Below are positions 11,356-23,764 of a stretch of DNA of 64,000 bases, in pieces. The notes below the pieces were generated by a model, which did not search any database, had not been told where the DNA came from, and was given only the letters and a program-made list of their open reading frames with translations. The position numbers were made by a program, and so were the translations under genes. The stretch is from Squalus acanthias (Eukaryota), in assembly GCA_030390025.1 (NCBI GenBank), contig CM059431.1, positions 130,078,001 to 130,142,000 of the forward strand, read 5' to 3'. Positions within the stretch are counted from its first letter, which is position 1. Every line of letters begins with the position of its first letter.

Positions 11356-11942
11356 TAGTGGTCTTTACTGACAGTTATGAGGGCATCACTGGGTATGACG
11401 CGCATATCCGCATCAAATCCAATGCGAAGCCTGTCTATTGTAAGGCAAGGCCGGTCCCCTATGCGTTGAAAAGTCTGGTGGAGGAAGAGTAAGCGAAGAT
11501 TTTGGGGGAAGACTTTACACCATACGGCAGATGGTGTTTGAGTACAGTCCTTGTGTGTGTTGATGATATATTGTTGACAGGTCAAGCTTGGAGAAAACCT
11601 CTGACCCAGAGAGTGCTGCATATACATCTTGCAATGTAGGTAACGGGTACTGGTCATCGTCAACTGCTTGGTTAATAGTAACTTTGTAGTCACCGCACAA
11701 GCGTACAGTTTTGTCTGCTTTGGGCACTACCACAATCGGGGTAGCCCATTCACTTTTGTCAGTTTTTACTAGCACTCAAAAGGACTCCGTACTGAAAAGA
11801 GTGTTTGAAAACACCTTGAATCGATGGACTGATTAGTGTCTGGACACAGAGTTGAAACCATTCCATAACCATCGTACTGAATTATCTATTGAGCAAGGTT
11901 GTATCAAGTGGGGAAACAGAGTGGTGGTACCTACTTCTTTGA
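11356..11942. mobile_element. Rearranged Gypsy/Ty3 LTR-retrotransposon pol fragment
   Basis: Plus strand: KPVYCKARPVPYALK. Minus strand: SEWATPIVVVPKADKTVRLCGDYKVTIN...YPLP...FSKLDLS. Plus strand again: ELSIEQGCIKWGNRVVVP. Confidence 0.8.
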
Positions 11943-12619
11943 GTTCGGAACCAGAACAAAACAGCCCGAAAATTGGTTCAACACCAATACCTTTTGTAAG
12001 GACCTGAGGAAGGCTCCGCAGACCTGTTATTAAACTGGATTTGTAGTTTAAAACAAAAAAGCCAGGAGTTTCTGTTATGTGGTACATGTAATGCTGGGAA
12101 AGGTGGGACCATAGTTTTGTTATATTTGAGAGGGGAATATAGGGGAAAAAATTCAGTTGATTAGCACCTCCCGTTAGCGCCCTCTGCCACGATCTCCTGC
12201 ACCCGCAGATCATGACGTCAGTCGAGAGTGCAACGCCCCGGTAGCGCCCTGGACCGGATGTTGAGTGGCGCCCTCTGCCCTTCTGCCTGCCGCTAGCAAC
12301 GACAGGTAGAGGGGAACGTTTTGCTATAAAGGGAAAGGTTTTGCAGTCGGGAAGGGGCTGGGGGGGAGCGCTATTTAAAGACAGTCGCTTCCTGCTTTTT
12401 TTGTCGGCGACATTTTTGCACCACGCATTCTGAGAGAGAGAGAGACTTCTGGAGAGATTCAATGCTGTGTGAAGAGTTTTGGGTACTGAGCAGCACTTTG
12501 CAGGTTCATTTTGATTTGACCTTCATTGTAGCGATTTAGAAGAGACTGAGGGGGCTGCCCTGATTCGGGGCGTCGATCTGCACCTGCAGAATCGGAGGTA
12601 GCAGAGACCCAGAGAGAGA

Positions 12620-13673
12620 GTGGCAAACATGGCCAAAGGGAGGAGGGGCCAACAGGCCCAACGTAACCCTCCCAAGGTATTCCGGGAACAATTCTCCTAC
12701 GTTCATTTGTCTGAGGATCAGTGTTTGCGCAGGCTGCGCTTCAGCAAGGAGGTGGTCACTGAGCTCTGCCACCTGCTGCAACCAGATCTGCAGCAACTGA
12801 GGACCAGGACGTCTCTGTTGGTGGCAGTGAAGGTGACAGTGGCTCTGAATTTTTATGCCAGCGGCTCCTTTCAAGCATCTACTGGGGACATCGCCAATAT
12901 CTCCCAGTTCGCTGTCCATTGTTGTATCCGGGAGATGACAAATGCCCTGTATAAAGGGAGACGCCAGTACATCTCTTTACCCATGACCCGGGCCAAACTG
13001 CATGAACGTGCGTGTGGCTTTGCTAGGATAGCGGGCTTCCCCATGGTGCAGGGCGCCATTGACTGCACGCATGTGGCATTGCGGGCACCGCATGAAAATG
13101 CAGAGGTATTCTGAAACTGCAAGGGCTACCACTCCTTAAATGTGCAGTTGGTCTGTGACCACAGACAGCTCATACTCACCGTCAATGCCCGCTATCCTGG
13201 CAGCAGCCACAATGTTTTCATCCTGCGCCAGATTGGTGTGCCAGACCTTTTCCAGTCACCGCATCAACCAAGTGGATGGTTCCTCGGGGACAATGGTTAT
13301 CCACTCTGCACCTGGCTGATGACACCGCTCCGTAACCACCCCTGCCGAGCTGCGGTATAATGAGAGCCATATCGCCACCAGGAATATAATTGAGCAGACG
13401 ATTGGCGTGCTGAAGCAACGGTTTCGCTGTCTGGACCACTCAGGAGGTGCCCTGCAGTACTCTCCTGAGCGAGTCTCCCTCTTCATAGTTGTGAGCTGCA
13501 TGCTTCACAACCTGGCAATCCTGAGGACCCAGCCAATGCCACCAGGGATTGGTGCACCACCTGAGGAGGAGGAGGAGGAGGATGATCAGCAGCAGCACCA
13601 ACGTGGGAGGGAGGCGCACAATGTTGCCACTGCAAGGGCCGTCCGTGAACGGCTGATAAGAAGCCACTTCTAG
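12620..13673 (+). pseudogene. Harbinger DDE transposase (HARBI1-like), disrupted
   Basis: Motifs [56 protein letters not shown] and CMLHNLA. In-frame TGA at 13112-13114 and a frameshift near 13340. The true start may lie slightly upstream. Confidence 0.9.
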
Positions 13674-14278
13674 GCCCCTACTCAGAAGGTGGCTTCTGGC
13701 ATGGAGAACAACATGATGGAAAGCAACCCGCACCCCTATTGCCAGCCAAAGCTGGAATGATTGCAAAGGCCAAAAATGTAAATTTTGAATACAACAACTT
13801 CTTTCTTTAACAAACTCTGTGTGTGTCATTTATTCAGGACAAACAATTAGTTCATGAATTATTGTGTTTGTTTCTAACAGAACTGGTTCTCACAAGATGG
13901 AGATAAACGGCAAAACAGTAAACAAATGTAATCACACGAACCTCGACCTTTACTACAAACATTCCCACCATTTATTTAGACCTCCTACTGTTTGCCCTTC
14001 GAGGGTGATCTCCATCCCCTGCACACTTCCCCTCTTCCCACCCTACTGCTCCTCCGTAATGGGGCCCCAGTTGTTGCAGCAAGGCTGGTGGAAGGCTGCT
14101 GAATGTCAGATGCAGAGACCACAGATGCCCTTGAAGGATGCCCTCGACCAGCTCTGGGCCTGGAGGCCCCGGCTGCAGACCACCAACTCGGCATGGGCGG
14201 CAGCAGTCTGGGCTGGCTGTGTTGCAGGCGGTGGGAAGTGCCAGTGATGGGAGCAGGAAAGCTGTCATCCTGAGAGAG

Positions 14279-14480
14279 TGATGCGGAGATGCCGGTGTTG
14301 GACTGGGGTGGACAAAATTGAGAGGTCGCACAACACCAGGTTATAGTCCAACAGTTTTATTTGAAATCACAAGCTTTCGGAGCTATCGATTGCCCCTTCC
14401 TCAGGGCAATCGATAGCTCCGAAAGCTTGTGATTTCAAATAAAACTGTTGGACTATAACCTGGTGTTGTGCGACCTCTCA
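14279..14480 (-). mobile_element. Short hairpin Penelope-derived insertion, copy 1 (12-bp TSD)
   Basis: 79-bp perfect inverted arms (14317-14395 / 14404-14482, the last 2 nt overlapping the TSD). TSD atcctgagagag at 14267-14278 and 14481-14492. Hammerhead core on the minus strand. Confidence 0.8.
14370..14406 (-). ncRNA. Minimal hammerhead ribozyme core
   Basis: Minus strand reads CTGAGGA-a-GGGGC-aatcgata-GCTCC-GAAAGCTT: CUGANGA box, stem II, GAAA box and a palindromic stem III. Confidence 0.6.
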
Positions 14481-15508
14481 ATCCTGAGAGAGGACAGCAC
14501 CTTCCTGCTCGACCGACACACTGGCACTCCCACGGGGCAGTACCTCAGCATCCGGAGCACGATTGCAGGCCTGCTGCGGCATCGTGAGAGCCCCGGGGCA
14601 ATGTGGCCAACCCAGCGAGGATGGCAGCAGTCAGTGCTTGCGTGACATAAATCTGAGACTGCATGAGAGCAGTCTGAGACTGGATGGCACCAGCCAATGA
14701 CTGAATTGCAGCACTAAGCCTTTGCGTTGCGTTGGCCTGTGCTGCAGCGGAGTGCTCCACACTCCTTGCCAGTCCATCCATGTTTTTGGGCAACCTTGCC
14801 ATTGCACCCATGAGCTCAGTGTGCATGTTCAAGGCCTGGCTATTCATGGCCGCGATGGCGCGGTCCTCATCTGAGTCCTGTGCAGCAGGACTCGCTTGCC
14901 TACTCGCCCTCCGGGGAGATGGCCCCCAAGCTTCCCTACCCCCATCGCGTTGCTGCAGCTCGCTGGGTCCAGGAGCTTCGCCCTCATCAGACCCTACCCC
15001 CCTGCTCCCCTCCAGGGAAGGCATGGTCCCAGTGTTGGCATGGGCTCCCTCAGGAGACGCAGGCGGTGAGGCTCCGGCTTCCTCTTCCTCCTCGCCTGAG
15101 GTGTCGCTGCTACTGGTAGGTTGAGGGACATGCTGGTCAGCTGGTGGTTCACTATCTGAAAGCAGGGAGGCACAAGAGTGGCTTTAGCGTCAGGACAGGG
15201 GGGCAGTAAGGGAGCAAGGATTGGATCGATTTAGTAAGTTGGATTGAAAGTGTAAAAGGCTGGTGTTGTGAGGTGCAAGTGGAATGAGAGAGGAGAGAAA
15301 GCTGATGAACATACCATGGCTGTCCCCAAGGGGGCGACCTCTCCAGCGGCCATGGCACCTATGACCTGGCTGGCAACGATCCTGTGCATGCGCGCCTCCA
15401 AATCGCTTGAGGGTGTGTAGGTCAGCTGGTCCTCTCCCATGCGTTGCTGCTGCTGCCTGTTATGAGATAGCTTGGCCTGCAAGAAAAAGGACGGTGTCTG
15501 AGTAAATG

Positions 15509-15620
15509 TGCAGCCGTGTGCTTGCCTGATGTGCCTCCCATAGTTGAATAGCCCTTAATGTATGCAGCCATGTGCTTGCCTGATGTGCCTCCCATAGTTG
15601 AATAGCCCCAGATGTATGCA
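15509..15620. repeat. ~54-bp tandem duplication in the Myb-like gene intron
   Basis: tgcagcc.tgtgcttgcctgatgtgcctcccatagttgaatagccc starts at 15509 and again at 15563. Confidence 0.85.
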
Positions 15621-18600
15621 AGGTGTGGAATGTGCGTGTGTTTTTTATGAGATGGCCATAGGTCTTGGATGAGTGTTGGGCATTTGGGGTTTTCAAACCC
15701 TCTGGGCACAGAGTGAAGTTGAGATGGAGGGATGTCGAGGTATTGAAAAGCAGCCACTCACCCTGACCACCCGAGTGAGGTCGTTGAACTTCTTACGACA
15801 TTGGCTGTGGGTACTCGGCACCAAGCTCCTTGAGGAGACATGCTGAGCCACCTCCTCCAGACTCTTCTGTATTCACGGGGCAATAGCCTCCTGCCACTCT
15901 GTGGGTAGAGCACTGCCTGTCGCTACTCCACAGCGCCAACCAGAGCCACCAAGGCCCGGTCGCTGAAGCGCTGAGCTCTTTCCCTGGGCCTATCCATTGG
16001 TGGTTCCAGCACAATTGATGTACAGGTCTCTCCAGGCCGAGATTCAAGGCTGCAATGAGCAGGGTGTGGCTGGACAGCAACATCGACCCTCTCCTTTAAG
16101 AACTGGCCAGCGCCAGTCTGTCTGTGTTCTATTGCTAACTGACATCACCTGAGCTTCGCCAGCGCTCTGAGGTAGCGCCTCGCTCCTCGACATTAGCGCC
16201 TTAAGACAGGTGTGTAGCGCCTGATTTAGCGCTCAAATCACCTCCAGGGGCGATAGAGGCCAAGTTTGCAGTCGGAGGCGATAATTAGCGCCGGGCGCTA
16301 AACAGTGCGCCCGGCCAATAATAGCGCCCCAGACGGGGCGATACCAAATTTCTCCCCTGCTATTTTTTTTGAGGGGGAAAGCAGTGTAATGTATTAGCAC
16401 ATGGTTTGTCACATGGTTTGGTATGAGCATGCTCAGTTTGCTCTGGCCTAATAAGCAAGCACATGGACTAACAACTCGTGTCTCTGTCCTTCATTTGTTC
16501 TACCCACATATAATACAGTAGTGAGCCACATCTCTTGGGGAAGCAAAATTACAAATTCAATCCCCTGCTGATCTAGACTTTGGAAATCATCAAACGATGG
16601 CGTAACCTGTAAACTATAGATTTTTTTGCTTATTAAGTAATAGATAATCAGTAGCACACACAATTCACAAACTTGCACAGAACTTTTAAATTGTACCTGC
16701 TCATCAGATATAAACTTTTAAAAAATGGCACATCATTAATTTGATTAGTTCTAAACCTGGCTTTGTATCCAAACTCTAACTTTCCTTTGGTGTCTCTAGT
16801 ACCTATCTTGATGGCCTTTTGAAGAATTTGTGAACTGGAAGCATGCTCCCTGAGAGATAGCTTCCTTTCCCTTTGGGGTTAAATCTGGGAGAAAATAAAT
16901 TTTGTTTACTGTAAGCCCATGGTAGAACATGGGGAACTAATCCATTTCCTCAAAGCGCAATTATAAATTACATTCCAGACAGCACATCTACAGCGTATTA
17001 CCTGTTAGCTGTTACATACCCTATGAAGTTGAAAATTACCCTAATTTTTCCAAACATCTCAGAGCTACGGCGGCTTAACCTTTTCTTCCTTGTACAATCT
17101 TCAAGCTTTTAAAAGCTAAGCTTGGATTACCGAATTTACCTTATCTTTTGCTCTTCCCAGTCTTGGTGGAATCCTGCACTTAGGGTTTATCTGGGCTTTT
17201 CAATATATGAAAAAATGCATTCTTCTCTGGTTGGCCAGCCAGTAAAGGGAGTGAGCAAATGAGCAATGCAAATTATGAAGCTCCCAGGTTCTGTCAGTAG
17301 CTCAACTCAGCAAGGGCAATGGAAGGAATATCATAATTCGATTCAGTGCCCTGAGATTGAACACTGCTTAAATTAGAGGGACCTGTCAGTCTTGTAAACA
17401 CTGACTTTGGAGGGGGGGGGGGGGGGGGGTGCAGGGGTGTGGGGAATCAAGGAAACAACTGGTTTCCCAATGTTAATTAATGTGTATTTCATCTAATATC
17501 ACTTCTTTTGTCTTACTCAAGATAAGCTTGTTGCCAGCTGCTAGCTTGCAGGTGCAGAGAGCCAGGAATTGGCACCTGTTGAGGACAGTTCAGATTGGCA
17601 GTTCAATTTTGCATTTTGTGACCAAGCACAAGTCCATGACCAATACACATGTAGTGACGGTTGTACCTTTCAAGTCTACACTCAAGGTCACTTTTATGCT
17701 GGCATGTTGTTGAAACCTAATAAGAAAATGAGTGGCAGAGGCATTGTTGATATGAACTCTGTTGGCAACATCCCTTGTAAATGCATCAGTAATGATTTGA
17801 TGATCCTGCCGTGAATACCCATTGGTCCCATCAATATCGCATTATTTTCTTTTGCTGAAGTAAAACTGAAAACAAAAGGTCAATATTTGGGTGTAAACCT
17901 TTGGTAGAACCCAATCGAATGAAGGTCCACACCAGAAACAAAAGACATGTCTTCTCTATATAAATGCCGAAGGAACTACCATGTATTTGCAGCATATAGG
18001 AACAGGACTAGGCCATTCAACCCATCGAGCCTGTTCTGCCATTCAGTTAGTTAATGGCTGATCCGAATTCAGAATAGTACAGTATAGTGGGGCTCTAGTG
18101 TGCTAACTATGGGATTCACACCTACAATTCTCCATATCGTAACTTTCCGATCTAAACTGTACCATGAGAGCAGGAGAAAAGTCTTTTCCTCACTGGAAGC
18201 GGGGGAGGGTGGGGGGGAATCAGTCGTCTGGAGACCTACACATTCTCTTATTTCATATTTTCAGCATTTGCACTTTCCCATGCACCTGGTCACCTTCCCA
18301 CATCATTGCGAATTGGTGTTGGTTATTTATGTTTAATTTAGTATTTTGTCAGTAAATAATCTAAGAGGAAAATAATCCATTCATTCATCCATTAAAAAAT
18401 AAAATAAAGCAATTTACTACTAATCTACACAAAATAATGCCATTACAAGATGTTAAACAACTTTCTGTTTGATTAATAAAGAAGGTTTGGGCGGTACGAA
18501 TGACGTTTAGGTTCCAAAATGGCATCTGCGACACACACACACTTCTTGTACAAGCTGCGCCAGACACCATCTTGGTGAGGGCGTTAGTGCGGGCGCAGGG

Positions 18601-18629
18601 AGCTTGTAACACTGATTTGATGCCAGAAT

Positions 18630-19618
18630 AGGGATAATGGGCAGGTATTCTAATTGGCAGGATGTGACTAGTGGTGTCCTGCAGGGATCTGTGTTGGGGC
18701 CTCAACTATTCACAGTATTTATTAACGACTTAGATGATGGCATAGAAAGCCACATATCCAAATTTACCGATGACACAAAGATAGGCAGCACTGTAGGCAG
18801 TGTAGATAAAAGCATAAAATTACAAAGGGATATTGTTAGATTAAGTGAATGGACAAAACTGTGGCAAATGAATTTCAAAGTAGGCAAATGTGAGGTCATC
18901 CACTTTGGACCTAAAAAGGATAGAACAGGGTACTTTCTAAATGGTAAGCGAGAAACAATGGAGGTCCAAACAGACTTGGGGGTCCAGGTACATAGATCAT
19001 TAAAATGTCATGAACAGGTACAGAAAATAATCAAAAAGGCTAATGGAATGCTGACCTTTATATCTAGAGGACTAGAATACAAGGGGGTAGAGGTTATGCT
19101 GCAGCTATACAAAACCCTGGTTAGACCACACCTGGAGTACTGTGAGCAGTTCTGGGCACCACACCTTAGGAAGGATATATAGGACTTGGAGGGAGTGCAG
19201 TGTAGGTTTACCAGAATGATACCCGGACTCCAAGGGTTAAATTACAAGGAGAGATTACACAAACTAGGGTTGTATTCCCTAGAATTTAGAAGGTTAAGGG
19301 GTAATTTGATCGAAGTTTTCAAGATATTAAGGGGAACAGATAGGGTAGATAGAGCGAAACTATTTCCGCTTATTGAGGAGTCTTGGACTAGGGGACATAG
19401 TCTAAAAATTAGAGCCAGACCTTTCAGGAGTGAAATTAGGAAACTAGATCAATTTTAAATTTTAAATCTGAGATTGATAGATTTTTGTTAACCAAAGATA
19501 TTAAGGGATATGGGCCAAAGGCGGGTATATGGAGTTAGGTCGCAGATCAGCCATGATCTCATTGACTGGCAGAACAGGCACGAGCAGCTAAATAGCTTAC
19601 TCTCGTTCCTATGTTCCT
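18630..19618 (+). mobile_element. CR1 3' fragment (RT to tail)
   Basis: ORFs 18637-19182 and 19186-19458 with QGSVLGP, FTDDTKIG and RPHLEYC. Tail gttcctatgttcct. Confidence 0.9.
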
Positions 19619-19619
19619 G

Positions 19620-20703
19620 GAAAGGCACAAGTGTAGAGTTGTAGTGAGGGGAGTGTGGGGAAAGCAAAAGGTGCATGCTTACACCATCTGCAGCTTGTAA
19701 ATCAGAAGAGATTGTGGGATGAGTGGGAACTGGGATGTGAGAAGGAGGATTAGGTATGAGGATGCTGTCATCTTCGATGGTTTCAGCCCCGCCGCTGACC
19801 ACAGGGGTAAGGACATGCAGCCGTGCCTGTCTCCCGCTGGTTAGCTCCTGCTGCCTCCGGTTATGCGCCACCTTGTCCTGCACGATAAAGGGGGGAAGTG
19901 TGTCAGTGAGTGTGGTGCAATCTGTTTGGGTGATGTGTCATGGTTGAATAGCTGGCAGTGTGTGCAAACTGTAAGATGTGGGTGTGAGGCTTGCAGCAGT
20001 GCTAAGTGTGTGAGGGTGAGGTAAAGCTATGAATGTGATTTGCGAGTCGTGCTTGATAGAGCTTGATGGAGGTGTGGTGCATAGAATAGTGTGTGTGGCT
20101 AGTTGTGCAGTTGGTGGGATATGGCATTTGAAGACAAATTCACTGACCTTGACCACTCGTGTGAGGTCATTGAACTTCTAGCGGCACTGCATCCTCAGGG
20201 CTTAACTGCTGGCATTGACCGCCACGGCTATCTGGTCCCACTGCCTTTGCAGTGTTTGTCTGGAAGGCCTCCTTGACCCCTGTAGATAGAGGATGTCTCT
20301 CCCCCTATCCACCTCCTCCACAAATGCCGTCAGTGCAGTGTCAGAGAACCTTGGAGCATGCTCCCTCCCCTGTTGTGCCATAATTCACTCTTGTTCCTGC
20401 TAATACTCTCTTCCACAAATGGTATCAGCACCTGCACCAGTCAGAATGCACCTCCCCTTTAAGAGTTGCAGGCTGGCTTTAAGTAGTGCAGTCTAGCTTT
20501 AAATGGTGCTAGCACAATCTTGGGCCCTCTGCTGAGGCGTGCAGACACTCAACAGCGCAGTTAGCATTGGATGCACGCAGCAATCATGCAAATTAGCAGG
20601 TAGCACGAAGTTGACGACTGCCTGCATTGGAAGCAACTGGCGTGGGTTAATCGCACATTGTAATCCTCGGGCCCGTTATTGGGGGCTATCGAATTTTGCC
20701 CCC
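19620..20703 (-). mobile_element. Harbinger remnant with Myb/SANT-like exons
   Basis: Minus strand MAQQGREHAPRFSDTAL... (ATG at 20381), KFNDLTRVVK|gtcagt, then cag|DKVAHNRRQQELT. A TIR-like aattttgccccc lies at the right end. Confidence 0.72.
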
Positions 20704-20799
20704 TTACTCTCTATTCTTCTGGTCTGAATACTGACTTTACTACTCTTCCACCCCCCACCACCACCCCCCCCCGCCCCTCCCACACGAGCCACCTCCCAC

Positions 20800-22165
20800 C
20801 CTTTCTCATCTAACCCTATCAGCATACTCTTCTATTCTTTTCTCCTTCATGTGTTTATCTAGTTTCCCCCCACTCTTTGGGTAAAAAAGTCTCTCCTGAA
20901 TTCCCTATTGGATTTATTAGTGACCATCTTATATTTATGGCCCCTAGTTTTTGAATCTCCTGCAAGTGGAAACATCTTCTCCATGTCTACCCTATTAAAC
21001 CACTTCATCATTTTAAAGAAAGAAAGACTTGCATTTATATAGCGCCTTTCACAACCTTAGGACATAAAGAAGTCCCAAAGCGCTTTGCAGCCAATAAAGT
21101 AATTTTGAAGTGTAGTCACCGTGTAATGTAGGAAAGCGGCAGCCAATTTGATCAGATAATCTGTTTTAGTGATGCTGGTTGAGGGATAAATATTGGCCAG
21201 GACACCGGGGATAACTTCCCTGCTCTTCTTCGAAATAGTGCCATGGGATCTTTTACGTTCACCTGAGAGAGCAGACGGGGCCTCAGTTTAACGTCTCCGA
21301 AAGATGGCACCTCTGACAGTGCAGCAGTCCTTCAGTACTGCCCTGGAGTGTCAGCATAGATTTTTGTCCTCAAGTCGCTGGGGTGGACCTCTCATCTCTC
21401 AGCCTTCGCTCTTCTAGAGAAGAAAGTCCCAGCCTATTCAATCTTTCCTGATAGTTATAACCTCTCAGTTCTGATATTCTTATAAATCTTTATTGTACCT
21501 TCACCAATGCCTCTCTATCCTTTTTATAATATGGAGACCAGAACTGTGCATATACCCCAAGTGTGGTTTAACCCAGGGTCGATACAAGTTTAACATGACT
21601 TCCCTGCTTTTCAATTCTAACCCACTAGAAATAAACCCCAATGCTTGGTTTGCATTTTTTATGGTCTTATTAAGCTGCATCATTACTTTTAGTGATTTGT
21701 GTATCTGTACCTCTCGATCCCACTCATTTAGACTCTTATTATCCAAGCAGTATGTGGATTCCTTATTCTTTCTCCCAAAATGCACCACCTCATGCTTAGC
21801 TATATTGAAATTCATTTGCCAATTAAATGCCCATTCTGCAAATTTATTAATGTCTTCTTGGATTTTGTCACAATCTTCCTTTGTATTAACTATACCCCCC
21901 AATTTGGTGTCGTCCGCAAATTTAGAAATTGTACTTCCGATTCCTGAGTACACATCTTTTATGTAAATTGTGAACAACAGTGGTCCCAGCAACGATCCCT
22001 GTGGAACACCACTTCCCACCTTTTGTCAGTCTGAGAAGCTGCCCTTAAGCCCTGCTCTCTTTTTTGTTTTGTAGCCAGCTTGCTTTCCATTCTGCTACTT
22101 GTCCCCCTGACTCCACATGCTCTGACCTTAGTCATGAGTCTACTTTATCGAAGAACTTTTGAAAA
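20800..22165 (-). mobile_element. CR1 fragment interrupted by a SINE
   Basis: Minus ORF 21501-22019 GVPQGSLLGP...FADDTKLGG. The 3' part continues at 20800-21015. Confidence 0.82.
21018..21386 (-). mobile_element. Deu-SINE-like tRNA-derived SINE (SacSINE1/AmnSINE1-related), partial
   Basis: Reverse complement of the 29281-29745 SINE (aagatcccatggcactatttcgaa core; aaaggcgctatataaatgcaag tail). Confidence 0.8.
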
Positions 22166-22372
22166 TGTGGCAACAACAACAAACCACATAAGAAAATAAA
22201 GGATATATGATCCCATAAATCATGGAAATGTCAGGTCATTTGTAATCTATACATAAAGTACTTGTCCTACATCCCAAATTGAGACTGACTTCAAAAATCA
22301 TTGCATGCTTAAATTGCAGGTTATACTGCAATTAGTGCAAAGTTCAAGCAATGTGAAACAACCTCCTCCAGG

Positions 22373-23764
22373 TAAGGTTGCCAGTCCTCCAGAATTGCCC
22401 TGGAGTCTCCAGGAATTAAAGACTAATCTCCAGGTTACTGCTGCGAGCAACCCAGGAGAAAAATTATAGGAGCGTTAAAATTATAGGTGGTAATTTTGGT
22501 GAAAGGGTGAAAAAAGGCACTAACTGGGTGCTGTGCTCATAAGACACGCCCGTTTGAAAGTCTGGTTTAAGCATGCAATTTTGGACCTAGTTGCTGATTA
22601 CCATAATTTGAACTTTCCTGGAGTTGCTAAATCAGACACCTGCAGGTTTAGCACTCAAGTGCTCATTCGATGCAATTTTCGTGGAGCGGTATATGTGGGC
22701 TCCACGCACCTACTTCCACTGAAGATGGGAGTGGGCTGGCTGACACACAGTGGCAGGTTTCAGGATGGCTCGGGGACCAAGTGCGAGGGCGCACAGGTTC
22801 TCGGACACGGCACTGGAGTTCTTGGTGGAGGAGGTCCAGAAGAGATATCCTGTACCCGCAGGGGGGGAAGGAGTACACCTCGCCTTCCTGTCCCTTGCCC
22901 CTGTAGCAGCTGGTGCTGGTCTCATGTCCTCCTCCTATTTCTTGTCCAGACCAAGGGGGACCCCTAGCAAGATGCCCATGAACAAGCACTCCCTTTCTCC
23001 TGGTGACTCCTATAAGGTAGAGTAGCACAGCACTCACTCTTTTCAGGTGACGTCGTCAAAGAGTTTCCAGAATAAATGTTGACAGTGTTGGTGAGGGCTT
23101 TTGAAACACATCGGGAGACACTGACAAAGTGTCTCCCGATGTGTTGCAAAAGTCCTCTCCAAACCTCCAGCAGCAGTTGGAGTAAACAGTAAAAGTTGAT
23201 ATACCTTTAAGTAGCGCTCAAAATCCTCAGCAACAACTAGTTTACTCCCAATCAGCTGATCGCTGTTAGGGAGGAGGTTCGGTTAAGCGCTAACCACCAA
23301 AATGTTGTGCAGCTTCGTTAATGAGGCAATTTAAGTGGCAATCAGCTGCTTAACGATCCTCCCGACAGCTGTTCCTAGCTTCAAGCTTCAGCTCCTTTAC
23401 CAAGATAGCATCTTGCGCTAAACACGGGCTAAACCAGCATTTACGCTTAAGACCCCATCTTGGCCACCTCAGAGGCTCTTTAGCACCCAAAGTATCCGGG
23501 GGAAATTGCCCCCATTGCGTTCTATTTAAATTTTCTTTGAACACTTCTGTTTATTCGTTAAACCAGAAAAAATGCTGATAGACTGACAGTCAAGAATCAT
23601 CCAATTGCATATACTCACTTTCCGATTGGCATGGGAAGGCAGTGCGCAGCGATGCTGGATGTGTCGGGCAACCAATGGTGGGAGTATGGTGGTGGGGCAG
23701 TTGGAGGCAGGAGGTCATGTGATGATAGCTCCAGGAATATGTCCAACCAGTGATGACAACCCTA
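22373..23764. mobile_element. hAT-like (Blackjack-type TIR) non-autonomous element hosting a nested Harbinger derivative
   Basis: TIRs taaggttgcca / tgacaacccta and a degenerate 8-bp TSD cctccagg / cctcagg. Confidence 0.55.
22486..23513 (+). mobile_element. Internally deleted Harbinger derivative
   Basis: TIR-like ggtggtaattt / aaattgccccc and a Myb/SANT N-terminus MARGPSARAHRFSDTALEFLVEEVQKR (~22765). Confidence 0.65.

Larger units (their letters stand above)
13972..15997 (-). pseudogene. Harbinger Myb/SANT-like accessory gene, 3 exons (approx. 15997-15762, 15476-15315, 15155-13972), disrupted
   Basis: Exon 1: MDRPRERAQRFSDRAL...QCRKKFNDLTRVVR|gtgagt. Exon 2: ttgcag|AKLSHNRQQQQRMG...|gtatgt. 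Exon 3: tttcag| followed by an acidic and then coiled-coil-like region. There is an internal stop and an insertion at 14279-14480. Confidence 0.78.
12141..16358 (+). mobile_element. Near full-length PIF/Harbinger DNA transposon (two convergent genes, inactivated)
   Basis: Imperfect TIRs aggggaaaaaatt / aaatttctcccct, subterminal TAGCGCC repeats, a transposase on + and a Myb/SANT-like gene on -. Confidence 0.88.

Noticed and set aside
12620..13673. Domesticated HARBI1 host gene
   Set aside because: It has a stop and a frameshift and sits between TIRs with a partner Myb gene, so it is a transposon copy.
17409..17445. Poly-G run as a functional G-quadruplex
   Set aside because: It is a homopolymer of uncertain assembled length with no supporting context.
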